In this document: positions 44,633 to 53,531 of the stretch, piece after piece
How the letters are laid out: every line of letters starts with the position of its first letter
Numbering within the stretch: position 1 is the stretch's first letter
Source: an uncultured Klebsiella sp.
GTDB taxonomy: Bacteria; Verrucomicrobiota; Verrucomicrobiia; Limisphaerales; SXTU01
Direction of reading: 5' to 3'
Length of the DNA stretch: 64,000 bases
Assembly: GCA_964591495.1 (NCBI GenBank)
Contig: CAZQEW010000001.1
Coordinates: 5,503 to 69,502, forward strand
The notes under the pieces: model-generated
Database searches by the model: none
The model's input: only the letters and a program-made list of their open reading frames with translations
Told to the model about the DNA's origin: nothing
Translations under genes and position numbers: made by a program

Positions 44633-45247
44633 ATGGACTCCCAATCGAACCGCGTTATCTCCGTGGGCGCCGACGTGCCCGACTTCACGATGGAAACCTA
44701 CGAGCCATCCAGTGGTTCGTTTGGCAAGTTCGCCCTGGCCGAACAGAAGACCCAGGGCAAGTGGACCGTGTTGGTCTTCTACCCGGCGGACTTCACCTTC
44801 GTCTGTCCCACGGAGCTGGCCGACCTCGCGGTTCACCATGCTGAAATCGAGGCCCTCGGCGTTAAGGTTGTTTCCGTTTCGTCCGACACCAAGTTCGCCC
44901 ACCTGGCGTGGCGCAATTCCGAGAAGCTGCTCGAAGGGGTGAAGTATACCATGGCCGCCGATCCCACCGGCCGCGTCAGCCGGATGTTCGGAGTATATGA
45001 CGAGGGCTCTGGCCTCGCATTGCGCGGCACCTTCCTCATCAGCCCCGCGGGCAAGCTGGTGTCGTCTGAAGTCAACTTCTACAACGTGGGCCGTGACATG
45101 GGTGAGCTGCTCCGCAAGCTCAAGGCCAACACTTATCTCGAGAAGAATCCCGCCGAAGCCTGCCCGGCCAAATGGACGCCGGGCCAGAAGACGCTCAAGC
45201 CGTCCGAGAAGATGGTGGGCAAGGTTTTTGAAGCGCTCAACCAGTAG
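44633..45247 (+). CDS. Typical 2-Cys peroxiredoxin (AhpC/Prx1 family)
   Basis: The ATG at 44633 lies within track ORF 44558..45247. The peroxidatic Cys motif is FYPADFTFVCPTEL, and the resolving Cys lies in EACPAKWTPG. Confidence 0.9.
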   Translation: MDSQSNRVISVGADVPDFTMETYEPSSGSFGKFALAEQKTQGKWTVLVFYPADFTFVCPTELADLAVHHAEIEALGVKVVSVSSDTKFAHLAWRNSEKLLEGVKYTMAADPTGRVSRMFGVYDEGSGLALRGTFLISPAGKLVSSEVNFYNVGRDMGELLRKLKANTYLEKNPAEACPAKWTPGQKTLKPSEKMVGKVFEALNQ

Positions 45248-45272
45248 CCTCGACAAAGCCACTCATCGAGTG

Positions 45273-45300
45273 GCGCGGATTTGCATCCGCGCCCTTTTGT
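45273..45300. terminator. Bidirectional intrinsic terminator between convergent genes
   Basis: GCGCGGAT-ttgc-ATCCGCGC (8-bp perfect stem, 45273..45292) is followed by ccttttgttt. It lies between the peroxiredoxin stop (45247) and the molybdoenzyme stop (45302). Confidence 0.6.
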
Positions 45301-45301
45301 T

Positions 45302-47569
45302 TCAACCACGCTCCACTGTCACGCGGGCGTTGTAATCCGGCACACCGCCGCCGGCGTCCACGATGCCCCGCGGGATGAGGTGGTTCGCCTCCGGCCAGTG
45401 GACTTGCAGGTTGCCGCGCGCGATTGGCGCCAGGAAAACCGTGGCCGGGTAGGTGCCGAGTTCGTTCCGCAAGGTTACGCGGTCGCCCTGCGCGAGCGAG
45501 AGTTCCGTGGCGTCCTCCGCCGCCATCAGCACCGCGTCGCGTGGCGCGCCGTTAAGCGGATCCACCTCGGCGTAAATGAGCGAGTTGAACTGCTTGCCGC
45601 GCCGGGTTGAGAGCATGAACTGGCGGTTGGCGATGGCCGATTGGCGGTTGAGGAGAAGCGAGCCGCCGGGGGCCTTGACGGGTTCGCTCGGGAGCGCGAC
45701 GGCCTTGAAGTGTGCCTTGCCATCCACCGTCGCGAACTTGCCGTCCGCGCACAGGTGCGCCCCGCCATATTGGAACGCATCGCCGGTTTCCTTCAGGTGC
45801 TGCACGCCGTCGTAGAACGGGACGACGCGCGCGATTTCCTCGCGCATCTGCCAGCCGGTTTCGCAGCCGAGCTGGGCGGCGCGCTCGGGGTAAGTCGCAG
45901 CCGCCAGTTCGCGGAGGATTTTCCATTCGGCCTTAGCCTCGCCGACCTGTCGCGGGATTTCCGGGCTGAACGCGACGCGGCGCTCGGTGGTGGTCTCGTG
46001 GCCGCCATCGTCCTGCTCGTAACGCGTCTTGGCAGGCAGCAGCAGCACGGCTTCCTTGGCCGGGATGAACATCTGGTCGGTGAGGATGATGTCCTGGTGC
46101 ACGCGCAGCGGAACATTCGCCATCGCGGTGCGGACGTGCTCGGGGTCCGGCAAGGTGCGGAGGAAATTTCCGCCGAGGCAGTAGAGCAAATCGAGCTCGC
46201 CCCGCCCGGCGGCCTCGACCATTTCCACCGACGTGATGCCGGGCCAATCCGGCACGGGGAAACCGTATTGCTCGGAAAGCTTCTTCGCGTTTTCCGCGTT
46301 GACCGGTTTGCCGCCGGGGAAGGCGGTCGAGTAAGCGCCCATCTCCGCGCCGCCCTGCACGCTGCTGTGGCCGCGGATGGGCATGAGGCCGCACTTGTCG
46401 CGGCCGACCCAGCCCTTCAGTAGGCCGAGGTTCAGCACCATGCTCACGCCGTCTGCGCCGTAATTGTGCTGCGTGATGCCCATGCTCCAGACGAGCACGG
46501 CGTTCTTCGCATCGCGCACCAGCCCGGCGAATTCCTCCATGCTGCGCCACGGCAGGCCCGCGTGCTTCTCCAACGTGGCCCAATCCAGCTTCGCGCAGGC
46601 GGCCTTGAGGGATTCATACTCGGCGGTGTGCTCGCGGATGAAGGTTTCGTCCACCCAGCCCTTCTCGATGAGGATCTTGATGACACCGTAGAGGAATGCG
46701 ATGTCGCCGCCCTGCGTGACGGGGAACCAGTAGTCCGCGATGTCCGTGCCGAAGAGCGCGCTGCTCGCCGTGCTGGGCACCCAGTAGCGCTTCATGCCCG
46801 GCTCGAGATAGGGGTTCACCATCACGATCTTGGTCCCGAGCAGCTTCGCCTCGTGCAGATACTTCGTGGTGACGGGCTGGTCGTTGGCCGGGTTCGCGCC
46901 GAAGAAGATGATGAGGTCGGTGCCATACCAATCCTTGTAGGAACATGTCGTGGCGGCGACGCCGACCGCGTGCTTCATCGCGCTGGTGCTGGGCGCGTGG
47001 CAGAGGCGCGCGGCGTTGTCCACGTTGTTGGTGCCGAGGAAGCGCGCCGCCTTCTGTGCCATGTAGTAAATCTCGTTGGTCACGCCGCGCGCGGTGACAA
47101 ACATCGCCCAGCGCTTCGGCGTGGTGGCACGGAGCTTCTTCGCCATGAGTGCGTAGGCCTCGTCCCACGAGATGCGCCTGAAGCCCGGCGCGTTGCCTTC
47201 GCGCAGCATCGGATAGGGCAGCCGACCCAGCTCGCGGAGCTGCGCGTTGTCGAGCGTCTTGAGATTCGCGACGTTCTCCAACTGCTTCACGTCGAGCGCC
47301 GGCATCGTGTTCAGCCGGAGCAGATTCAGCCGCGTCATGCACAGGTGCGGCCCCTTGATGGTCCAGTCGTGCAGGCCGGCGACGCCCAGCGCACAGCCGT
47401 CACACACGCCCTTGGTCAGCACCTTGTAGGCGTATCCCAGGTTGTCGCGGTTCCGCCACACGATGCCCAACATGTCGCGGAAATGCTTGGGCTTGGTGAC
47501 GCCGACGCCGAAGGGCAGGACGCGCGCAAGGCGGTCCTTCCAGGTTTTTTCAATGCGGTGCGTCAGCAT
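45302..47569 (-). CDS. FdhF/YdeP-family molybdopterin oxidoreductase
   Basis: ORF 45302..47569 (755 aa). The N-terminus KPKHFRDMLGIVWRNRDNLGYAYKVLTKGVCDGCALG is characteristic of the YdeP/Fdh-alpha-like family, followed by molybdopterin-binding blocks. There is no internal stop, so no Sec recoding. Confidence 0.82.
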   Translation of the reverse strand: MLTHRIEKTWKDRLARVLPFGVGVTKPKHFRDMLGIVWRNRDNLGYAYKVLTKGVCDGCALGVAGLHDWTIKGPHLCMTRLNLLRLNTMPALDVKQLENVANLKTLDNAQLRELGRLPYPMLREGNAPGFRRISWDEAYALMAKKLRATTPKRWAMFVTARGVTNEIYYMAQKAARFLGTNNVDNAARLCHAPSTSAMKHAVGVAATTCSYKDWYGTDLIIFFGANPANDQPVTTKYLHEAKLLGTKIVMVNPYLEPGMKRYWVPSTASSALFGTDIADYWFPVTQGGDIAFLYGVIKILIEKGWVDETFIREHTAEYESLKAACAKLDWATLEKHAGLPWRSMEEFAGLVRDAKNAVLVWSMGITQHNYGADGVSMVLNLGLLKGWVGRDKCGLMPIRGHSSVQGGAEMGAYSTAFPGGKPVNAENAKKLSEQYGFPVPDWPGITSVEMVEAAGRGELDLLYCLGGNFLRTLPDPEHVRTAMANVPLRVHQDIILTDQMFIPAKEAVLLLPAKTRYEQDDGGHETTTERRVAFSPEIPRQVGEAKAEWKILRELAAATYPERAAQLGCETGWQMREEIARVVPFYDGVQHLKETGDAFQYGGAHLCADGKFATVDGKAHFKAVALPSEPVKAPGGSLLLNRQSAIANRQFMLSTRRGKQFNSLIYAEVDPLNGAPRDAVLMAAEDATELSLAQGDRVTLRNELGTYPATVFLAPIARGNLQVHWPEANHLIPRGIVDAGGGVPDYNARVTVERG

Positions 47570-47620
47570 GCCGGCGGAAGGTTTCCCGGTTCCTCACAAA
47601 AACTCAACGCGCAGGTTTAA

Positions 47621-47656
47621 AGAAAAACGCCGCCTGCCGGTGAACGGCAGACGGCG
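47621..47656 (-). terminator. Intrinsic terminator downstream of the hydroxyacid dehydrogenase gene
   Basis: On the minus strand, CGCCGTCTGCCG-ttca-CGGCAGGCGGCG (12-bp stem with one G.U) is followed by TTTTTCT. It lies 19 nt after the stop at 47675. Confidence 0.6.
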
Positions 47657-47674
47657 CGTCAGAAGTGCCGATGA

Positions 47675-48592
47675 CTATTTTTTGCCCTTCTTCGGGCCGC
47701 GGCCCTTGAAGGTCAGTTCGGCGATGCCGGACTTGTCGAGTTCGCCGAGGCCCACCTTCACCATCTTGCTGTATTGCCCGTAGGTGGCGGCGGCGAGCGG
47801 GAGATCCAGTTTCTGCTCCTTGGCCAGGCCGAGGGCGATGCCGCTGTCCTTGGCGGCGTGCGCGGCGCTGAAGAAGCAGGAGTGGTCGCGGTTCATCATG
47901 TCCTCGCCGTCCGTGACGAGCACGCGGCTGTTCGCGCCGGTCTGGCTGAAGACTTCCATGACGGTCTTGAGGTCAAGGCCGAGGGCGTTGGCGAGGCCGA
48001 GGCCTTCGGCGAGGCCGGCCGTGTTGATGTTCATCACCATGTTGACGAGCGCCTTGACCTGCGCGGCCTTGCCGGCGGTGCCGATGTAGCGCAGCAGTTT
48101 GCCCTCGTCCGAGAGCTTCACGAGCAGGTCTTTGACCTGGTTGAAGGTCGCCTCGTCGCCGCCGCACATGAGGTAGAGCGTGCCAGCGCGGGCTTGGTTG
48201 ATGCTGGAGGCCATGCAGGCTTCCAGGGAGGCGGCTTTAACCTTCTTGGCGAGCTTCGCAACCTCGACGTGGGTCTTGGGCGAGATGGTGGCGCAGTTGA
48301 TGAAGACCTTGCCGGCGGCCGAGTCCTTGCACTTGAGGAGGTTGTCCTTCGGGTTGGTGAAAATGTTGAGCATCGCCTTGTCATCGGTGACGACGGTGAT
48401 GATTACGTCCGCGAGGGCGGTGACGCGGGCGAGCGAGACGCAGGCTTCGCAGCCGATCTCCTGCGCGAGCTTCTGGGCGGATTCCGGCCGCACGTCATAC
48501 ACGGCGGTGACGGGGTAACCCACTTCCTTGAGGCGGCGGGCCATGTTCGCGCCCATCCGGCCGACTCCGACGAATCCAATTTTTGCTGCCAT
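47675..48592 (-). CDS. NAD(P)-dependent beta-hydroxyacid dehydrogenase (3-hydroxyisobutyrate dehydrogenase family)
   Basis: ORF 47675..48592. The N-terminal motif is KIGFVGVGRMGANMARRL (GxGxxG), followed by a 6PGDH-like NAD-binding region and a helical domain. Confidence 0.8.
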   Translation of the reverse strand: MAAKIGFVGVGRMGANMARRLKEVGYPVTAVYDVRPESAQKLAQEIGCEACVSLARVTALADVIITVVTDDKAMLNIFTNPKDNLLKCKDSAAGKVFINCATISPKTHVEVAKLAKKVKAASLEACMASSINQARAGTLYLMCGGDEATFNQVKDLLVKLSDEGKLLRYIGTAGKAAQVKALVNMVMNINTAGLAEGLGLANALGLDLKTVMEVFSQTGANSRVLVTDGEDMMNRDHSCFFSAAHAAKDSGIALGLAKEQKLDLPLAAATYGQYSKMVKVGLGELDKSGIAELTFKGRGPKKGKK

Positions 48593-48735
48593 AAGTGTCT
48601 GTGGTTTGCGTTTGTGCCGCCACCCGAGGGGCGGAGCGATTGCTGACGGGCCGCGACTTTAGAGCAAGGACCGGGCGCTCCAAGTCCAAAGTTGCCGGGC
48701 TTGCCTTGCGTGCCGGGTTTTGTATCCTGTCAACC

Positions 48736-49830
48736 ATGCGAACGACCTCGTTTGACGCCACCACCCATGAACGCCTCGCCGCCCTTGGGCAGCGCGTGCT
48801 CAACGGCGGGCGCATCGACCGCGCTGACGCGCTCTGGCTGTTCGGCCTGGAGGACACCGCGGACATCTTCGAGCTGATGGCCTGGGCCAACCGCATCCGC
48901 GAACGCTACAAGGGCAACAAGATCCACCTCTGCTCCATCGTCAACGCCAAGGCCGGCGCTTGCTCGGAGAACTGCAGTTTCTGCGCCCAGTCCGCCTTCC
49001 ACCAGACCGGCTCGCCGCGTTACGGGTTTGTGGACCCCGAGCCGGTGCAGAACGCGCTCTCCGAAGCGCAGAAGAACGGCGTCACCGCCGTCGGCCTTGT
49101 CGCGGCGTGGCGTGGTCTCAATGAAGGCCCCATGCTCGACGAAGTCTGCGACCGCATCGCCGAGATGAAGGCCAGCGGCAAATCCCGGCCTGACGCCTCC
49201 CTCGGCTTGATCAAGAGCCAGAAAGTGGCGGACCGCCTCAAGGCCGCCGGCCTCGAATGCTACGGCCACAACCTTGAAAGCTCCCGCCGCTTCTTCCCGC
49301 AGCACTGCACCACGCACTCGTTCGAGGACCGGTTGGAAACCATCGCCTATCTGAAGAAGGCCGGCATCAAGATCTGCTCCGGCGGCATCATTGGCATGGG
49401 CGAGACCCGCGAGGACCGCTGCGACCTCGCCCTGTCCCTGCGCGAGATCGGCGCAAACGTCTGTCCCATCAACATTCTCAACCCCATCAAGGGCACGCCC
49501 TTCGAGCACAACCCGCCGCTGCCGCCGATGGAAATCCTCAAAACCATCGCCTGCTTCCGCTTCATCCTGCCCCGGCAGGAAATCATGATCGCCGGGGGCC
49601 GCACCGTCAATCTGCGGGACCTTCAAAGCATGATCTTTGCGGCCGGCGCCAGCGCGCTCATGGTGGGCAATTATCTCACCACCCTGAACCAGCCCGTGGA
49701 AAAGGATCTCCAGATGCTCAAGGATCTGGGCTTGGACCCGAGCTGGGAAGGTCACGATTTTGCCGATCAGGAGGAGGGTGGTTGTGGCTGCGGCAATAAT
49801 TCCTGCGACCCCGCGGCGGTTACGGCCTGA
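48736..49830 (+). CDS. bioB: Biotin synthase
   Basis: The ATG at 48736 lies within track ORF 48595..49830. It has the radical-SAM motif CSENCSFCAQS and the later blocks YGHNLESS, KICSGGIIGMGET. Confidence 0.9.
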   Translation: MRTTSFDATTHERLAALGQRVLNGGRIDRADALWLFGLEDTADIFELMAWANRIRERYKGNKIHLCSIVNAKAGACSENCSFCAQSAFHQTGSPRYGFVDPEPVQNALSEAQKNGVTAVGLVAAWRGLNEGPMLDEVCDRIAEMKASGKSRPDASLGLIKSQKVADRLKAAGLECYGHNLESSRRFFPQHCTTHSFEDRLETIAYLKKAGIKICSGGIIGMGETREDRCDLALSLREIGANVCPINILNPIKGTPFEHNPPLPPMEILKTIACFRFILPRQEIMIAGGRTVNLRDLQSMIFAAGASALMVGNYLTTLNQPVEKDLQMLKDLGLDPSWEGHDFADQEEGGCGCGNNSCDPAAVTA

Positions 49831-49845
49831 GCCGGGGGACCGCCG

Positions 49846-51234
49846 TCATCGGGCAGCCAGATGCTGCACGATCAGGGTCGCGGTGCGCGCAGCCGCCCCC
49901 TGGTTCCGTTCCACGACGCGTCGGGCATTCGCGCCCAGTCGGGCCCGGCGGGCTTCATCCGTCAGCAGCGCGATCAAGGTGGCTTCCAGCACCGCCTCAT
50001 CCGGCACCTGCACCGCGGCATCGTTGGCCACGAAGTCAGCGGCAATCGGCCGGAAGTTTTCCATGTGCGGACCGAAGATCATCGGCTTGCCCAGCGCGCC
50101 CGGCTCGATGGGGTTTTGCCCGCCCGTAGCGGTGAGGCTCTTCCCCACAAAGACGACCGTGGCACGGGTATAAAAGCTCATCAGCTCGCCCGTGGTGTTC
50201 ACCAGCAGACAGTCCACTGCGCCGGGGGTGAAGGTCTTGCCCTCCGCTAGGTCGGTGCGCAGTGCGAACCGAATGCCGACTCCGCGGAGCTCCTCGACGA
50301 CGGCCTTCGTGCGCTCGAAGTGGCGGGGCACGAGCACGAGGAACAGGCCCGGGCAGCGGTTGCGCAGACGCGCGAGCATCGCGGCCAGCAGGCGCTCCTC
50401 GCCGTCGTGCGTGCTGCCGGCCACCAGCACGGGGGCGTCCTCGGGCACGCCCAACTGACGGAGGAGGGCCGGAGCGTTGCAGCGGGCGGGGTCGGGCGGG
50501 CGCACGGCGTCGAATTTCACATTGCCCGTGACGGTGACGGCCGCGGGCTGGCAGCCGAGCGCGCGCAGCCGGGCGGCGTCGGGCTCGTTCTGCGCCCCCA
50601 CGCCGGCAAACGCTCCGAACAGCCCGCGGAACAGGAACCCGGCGCGCTGGTAGCGGGGGAAGGAACGGTCTGAAATCCGGGCGTTCGCCAGAAACAGCGG
50701 GAGCCCCAGCGCCTGTGCCTGCCAGAGAAAGTTCGGCCACAGCTCAGCCTCGACCAGCACCACGGCCGCCGGACGCACGGCGCGCAGCGCGCGGCGCACC
50801 ACCCACGGGAAGTCGACCGGATAGTAAAGGCGGGCGACGTCCGCCGGCAGTTTCTTCTCCGCCTCGCCCATGCCGGTGGTGGTGGTGGTGGTGATGAGGA
50901 AACGCCACCCGGGCAGTTGCGGCCGGAGTGTGGCCACGAGCTGCGCGCAGACGCCGACCTCGCCGACGCTGACGGCGTGCAGCCAGAGAACTTTCGCGCC
51001 CGCGAGGGGCTGAAGTTTTTCCGGAGCGATGCGGCCGAACCGCTCCCCGAAGCCGCGCCGCCAGCCGCCGCGGCGCCACATTTTCCAGAAATAATACGGC
51101 GCACTGAGCGCGAAGAAGACCGCGAACAGCACGTTGTAAAGCAGGCGCACGGGCGGCAGGTTGAAACAAAACCACCGCCCGTTACCAAGCCTAAAAGCGG
51201 GCGGGGGCGGGCCACCGCTGCGGGCTGGAATCAA
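49846..51234 (-). CDS. waaA: 3-deoxy-D-manno-octulosonic acid (Kdo) transferase
   Basis: ORF 49846..51234 starts at TTG; GTG at complement(51150), VRLLYNVLF.., is a plausible true start. WLHAVSVGEV...ELWPN...ANARIS.RS...GNVKFD...STHDGEE...LVPRH.ER...GGQNPIEP align by eye with E. coli WaaA blocks. Confidence 0.85.
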   Translation of the reverse strand: MIPARSGGPPPPAFRLGNGRWFCFNLPPVRLLYNVLFAVFFALSAPYYFWKMWRRGGWRRGFGERFGRIAPEKLQPLAGAKVLWLHAVSVGEVGVCAQLVATLRPQLPGWRFLITTTTTTGMGEAEKKLPADVARLYYPVDFPWVVRRALRAVRPAAVVLVEAELWPNFLWQAQALGLPLFLANARISDRSFPRYQRAGFLFRGLFGAFAGVGAQNEPDAARLRALGCQPAAVTVTGNVKFDAVRPPDPARCNAPALLRQLGVPEDAPVLVAGSTHDGEERLLAAMLARLRNRCPGLFLVLVPRHFERTKAVVEELRGVGIRFALRTDLAEGKTFTPGAVDCLLVNTTGELMSFYTRATVVFVGKSLTATGGQNPIEPGALGKPMIFGPHMENFRPIAADFVANDAAVQVPDEAVLEATLIALLTDEARRARLGANARRVVERNQGAAARTATLIVQHLAAR

Positions 51235-51285
51235 GTCTTGAGCAAATTCCCGGCGCTGCTAGGGTCTCGCACGTAGTCCGTAGGA

Positions 51286-52257
51286 ATGAGCGAAGGCAAA
51301 AAATCACTGAAGATGGTCTCGTGCGGCCGGTGTGCCGCCAAGAACTTCATTCCCAGCGACCTCCCGCCGTTCGAGACGCAGCCCTGCACCAAATGCGGCG
51401 GGCCGGTGATGATCACGGTCAAGCTGCGCCAGTTCGAGCTGCGCGGCGTCATTGCCTCCGGCGGCATGGGCACCGTCTTCCGCTCCTTCGACATGAACCT
51501 CAACCGCGAGGTCGCGGTGAAGCTGATGAAGCCGGAAATGGCCGCCGATCCCATCCAGGTCGAGGCCTTCAAACGCGAGGCGCGCGCGTGCGCCGGCCTG
51601 AACCACTCGAACATCATCCACATCTACGCCTTCGACGAGGCCGAGGGGCAGAAGTATCTCGTCATGGAACTGGCGGACAATGGCACCTTCGACGGCCGCA
51701 TCGAGGAGAATGGCCGCGTGGACGAACTGCTCGTGCTGGACGTGGGCATCAAGATCGCCTCCGCGCTGGATTGCGCCAACCGCCACGGCCTCCTGCACCT
51801 CGACATCAAGCCCGGGAACATCCTTTTCAACAACGACGAACCTCCCGAGCCCAAGCTCGTGGACTTCGGCCTCGCGCAAAGCGCCGAGGGCGGGCGCGAC
51901 CCCGATGCCGGCGTCTTCGGCACTCCCTACTACATCGCCCCGGAACGCATCTCGCTGGGCACGGAAGATTTCCGGTCGGACATGTATTCGCTCGCGGGCA
52001 CCCTCTATCATGCCCTCACCGGCCACGTCCCCTTCGAGGCCCCCACGGTCAACGAGGTGGCCATGGCTCATGTCGAGCAGCCCCTCAAGCCCCCCATCGA
52101 GGAGCTGCCGGACATCGAGGAAAAGACCAACGAGGCCATCGTCACCGCGATGGCGAAGAATCCCGACGACCGCTACCAGAGCTACGACCAGTTCATCATG
52201 GAGCTCACGGCGGCGCGCAGCCACCTGCTGATCAAGAAATACGGCGGCGGCGAGTGA
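51286..52257 (+). CDS. Ser/Thr protein kinase with N-terminal zinc ribbon
   Basis: ORF 51286..52257 (323 aa). The zinc ribbon is CGRC...17 aa...CTKC. Hanks motifs are GGMGTVF (G-loop), VAVKLM (VAIK), HLDIKPGNILF (HRD-like), DFG, and GTPYYIAPE (APE). Confidence 0.85.
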   Translation: MSEGKKSLKMVSCGRCAAKNFIPSDLPPFETQPCTKCGGPVMITVKLRQFELRGVIASGGMGTVFRSFDMNLNREVAVKLMKPEMAADPIQVEAFKREARACAGLNHSNIIHIYAFDEAEGQKYLVMELADNGTFDGRIEENGRVDELLVLDVGIKIASALDCANRHGLLHLDIKPGNILFNNDEPPEPKLVDFGLAQSAEGGRDPDAGVFGTPYYIAPERISLGTEDFRSDMYSLAGTLYHALTGHVPFEAPTVNEVAMAHVEQPLKPPIEELPDIEEKTNEAIVTAMAKNPDDRYQSYDQFIMELTAARSHLLIKKYGGGE

Positions 52258-52268
52258 GCCGCGGTGCG

Positions 52269-53345
52269 CTATTTTTCCACGGGCTTGCCGGCGGCCTTCC
52301 AACCCTTGAAGCCGGGGGCGAGGTCAATCACGGAGCGGAAACCTAGCTTCTTCATTTCGGCCGCGGCATTGGCGCTGCGGCTCCCGGCGGCGCAGTGGAC
52401 GAGGTAGGTCTTGGACTTGTCCAGCCCGGACACCTTCTTTTCAAAGCTGTCGTCCAGCACGTCCAGGTTCACCGCGCCGGGGAGGTGGCCGGCCTTGAAC
52501 TCGTCCGCCGTCCGCACGTCGAGCACGGTGTATTTCTTTTCCAGCCACAGCTGCTCAAACTCCGCGACGCCCACGCGCTTGAAGCCGACCGGGTCCGTGG
52601 TTGCGGCGACGGCCAGCGGTTTCACCGGCTGCGCAAGCGCCCACTTCACCGCGTTCAGCAGCAGCCGGTCAAATGGCTCCGTGCCGAACTCCCCCGGGTG
52701 GCCGAGTGATGTGTAGAAGACCGCCGCGCCGTGGTGGCTGCGGGTCCACGCCACCGGCTCGGCGGGCTTGCCCTCGACGCTGCCCATGAGCAGCACGGTC
52801 GCGCCGGGCGGCAGCGGGCTGTTCCGGTAGAGCGAGCCGGGGCTGGCGAACTCCTTGGCGACGCCTTGGAGAATCGGGTGAGCCGCCGCGTCCGGAGCCA
52901 CGCGGACGGTGGTGGCGAGCTGGTTGTTGTGATGGTTCTGATAGTTGCCGCCGAGCACCTCGCGGTCCCACTCATTCCAGTTCTCGAACGCGTGGCTCGC
53001 CGTGCGCAGGCCGATGATGGGCTTGCCCGAGGCGGCGAACTTCTTGAAGTGGGCGAGCTGCTCTTCCGGCAGCGTCATGCGGCGGATGAAGAGGATGGCG
53101 AGGTCGGCGGTGTCGAGCGCCTCCAGGCCTGCGATGGTCTGCGCCTTCGGGTCGGCGGGCCGCGCCAGATACACGCACTTGGCGCCGAGCTGCGCTTCGA
53201 GTTTCTGCTTCAGCCCCGGCAGCGTCTCGGCGGACTTGTATTCGAACTCGCCGCTGACCAGCACGATGGTCGGGGCCTTCGCCGGCGCGGCGACACCCGG
53301 AAGTGTGAACCAAGCAACCAGGACGGCGGATAAAAGGGCTTTCAT
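52269..53345 (-). CDS. Secreted ThuA-like domain fused to C-terminal rhodanese domain
   Basis: The track ORF 52269..53408 contains an ATG at complement(53345) giving the signal peptide MKALLSAVLVAWFTLPGVAAPA. A ThuA-like core (ILFIRRMTLPEEQ...GLRTASHAF...VFYTSLGH) is followed by a rhodanese domain (VLDVRTADEFKAGHLPGAVNLD...YLVHCAAGSRS, with the active-site loop C-A-A-G-S-R). Confidence 0.72.
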   Translation of the reverse strand: MKALLSAVLVAWFTLPGVAAPAKAPTIVLVSGEFEYKSAETLPGLKQKLEAQLGAKCVYLARPADPKAQTIAGLEALDTADLAILFIRRMTLPEEQLAHFKKFAASGKPIIGLRTASHAFENWNEWDREVLGGNYQNHHNNQLATTVRVAPDAAAHPILQGVAKEFASPGSLYRNSPLPPGATVLLMGSVEGKPAEPVAWTRSHHGAAVFYTSLGHPGEFGTEPFDRLLLNAVKWALAQPVKPLAVAATTDPVGFKRVGVAEFEQLWLEKKYTVLDVRTADEFKAGHLPGAVNLDVLDDSFEKKVSGLDKSKTYLVHCAAGSRSANAAAEMKKLGFRSVIDLAPGFKGWKAAGKPVEK

Positions 53346-53531
53346 CGTGGGGGAGTGATACGGAGGCAAAACGCGGGTGTCCAGCCGCAAGCCGGAGCGG
53401 GAATGCAACTGGCCGAAGCGGGAGCGGGATCAGGAGTAGGCGCGGGGGTGAGAGGGGGCAATTGGCTTCCACTTCTGCTCCTCTGATTTTCCCCGCCTGA
53501 CATCCGTCCGCGCGCCCGCTACGCTGGATCC

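Noticed and set aside
45302-47569. Possible selenocysteine (TGA) recoding in the formate-dehydrogenase-like molybdoenzyme.
   Set aside because: The ORF is uninterrupted over 755 codons, and the relevant N-terminal region carries Cys residues (GVCDGCALG). There is no in-frame TGA and no obvious SECIS-like hairpin.
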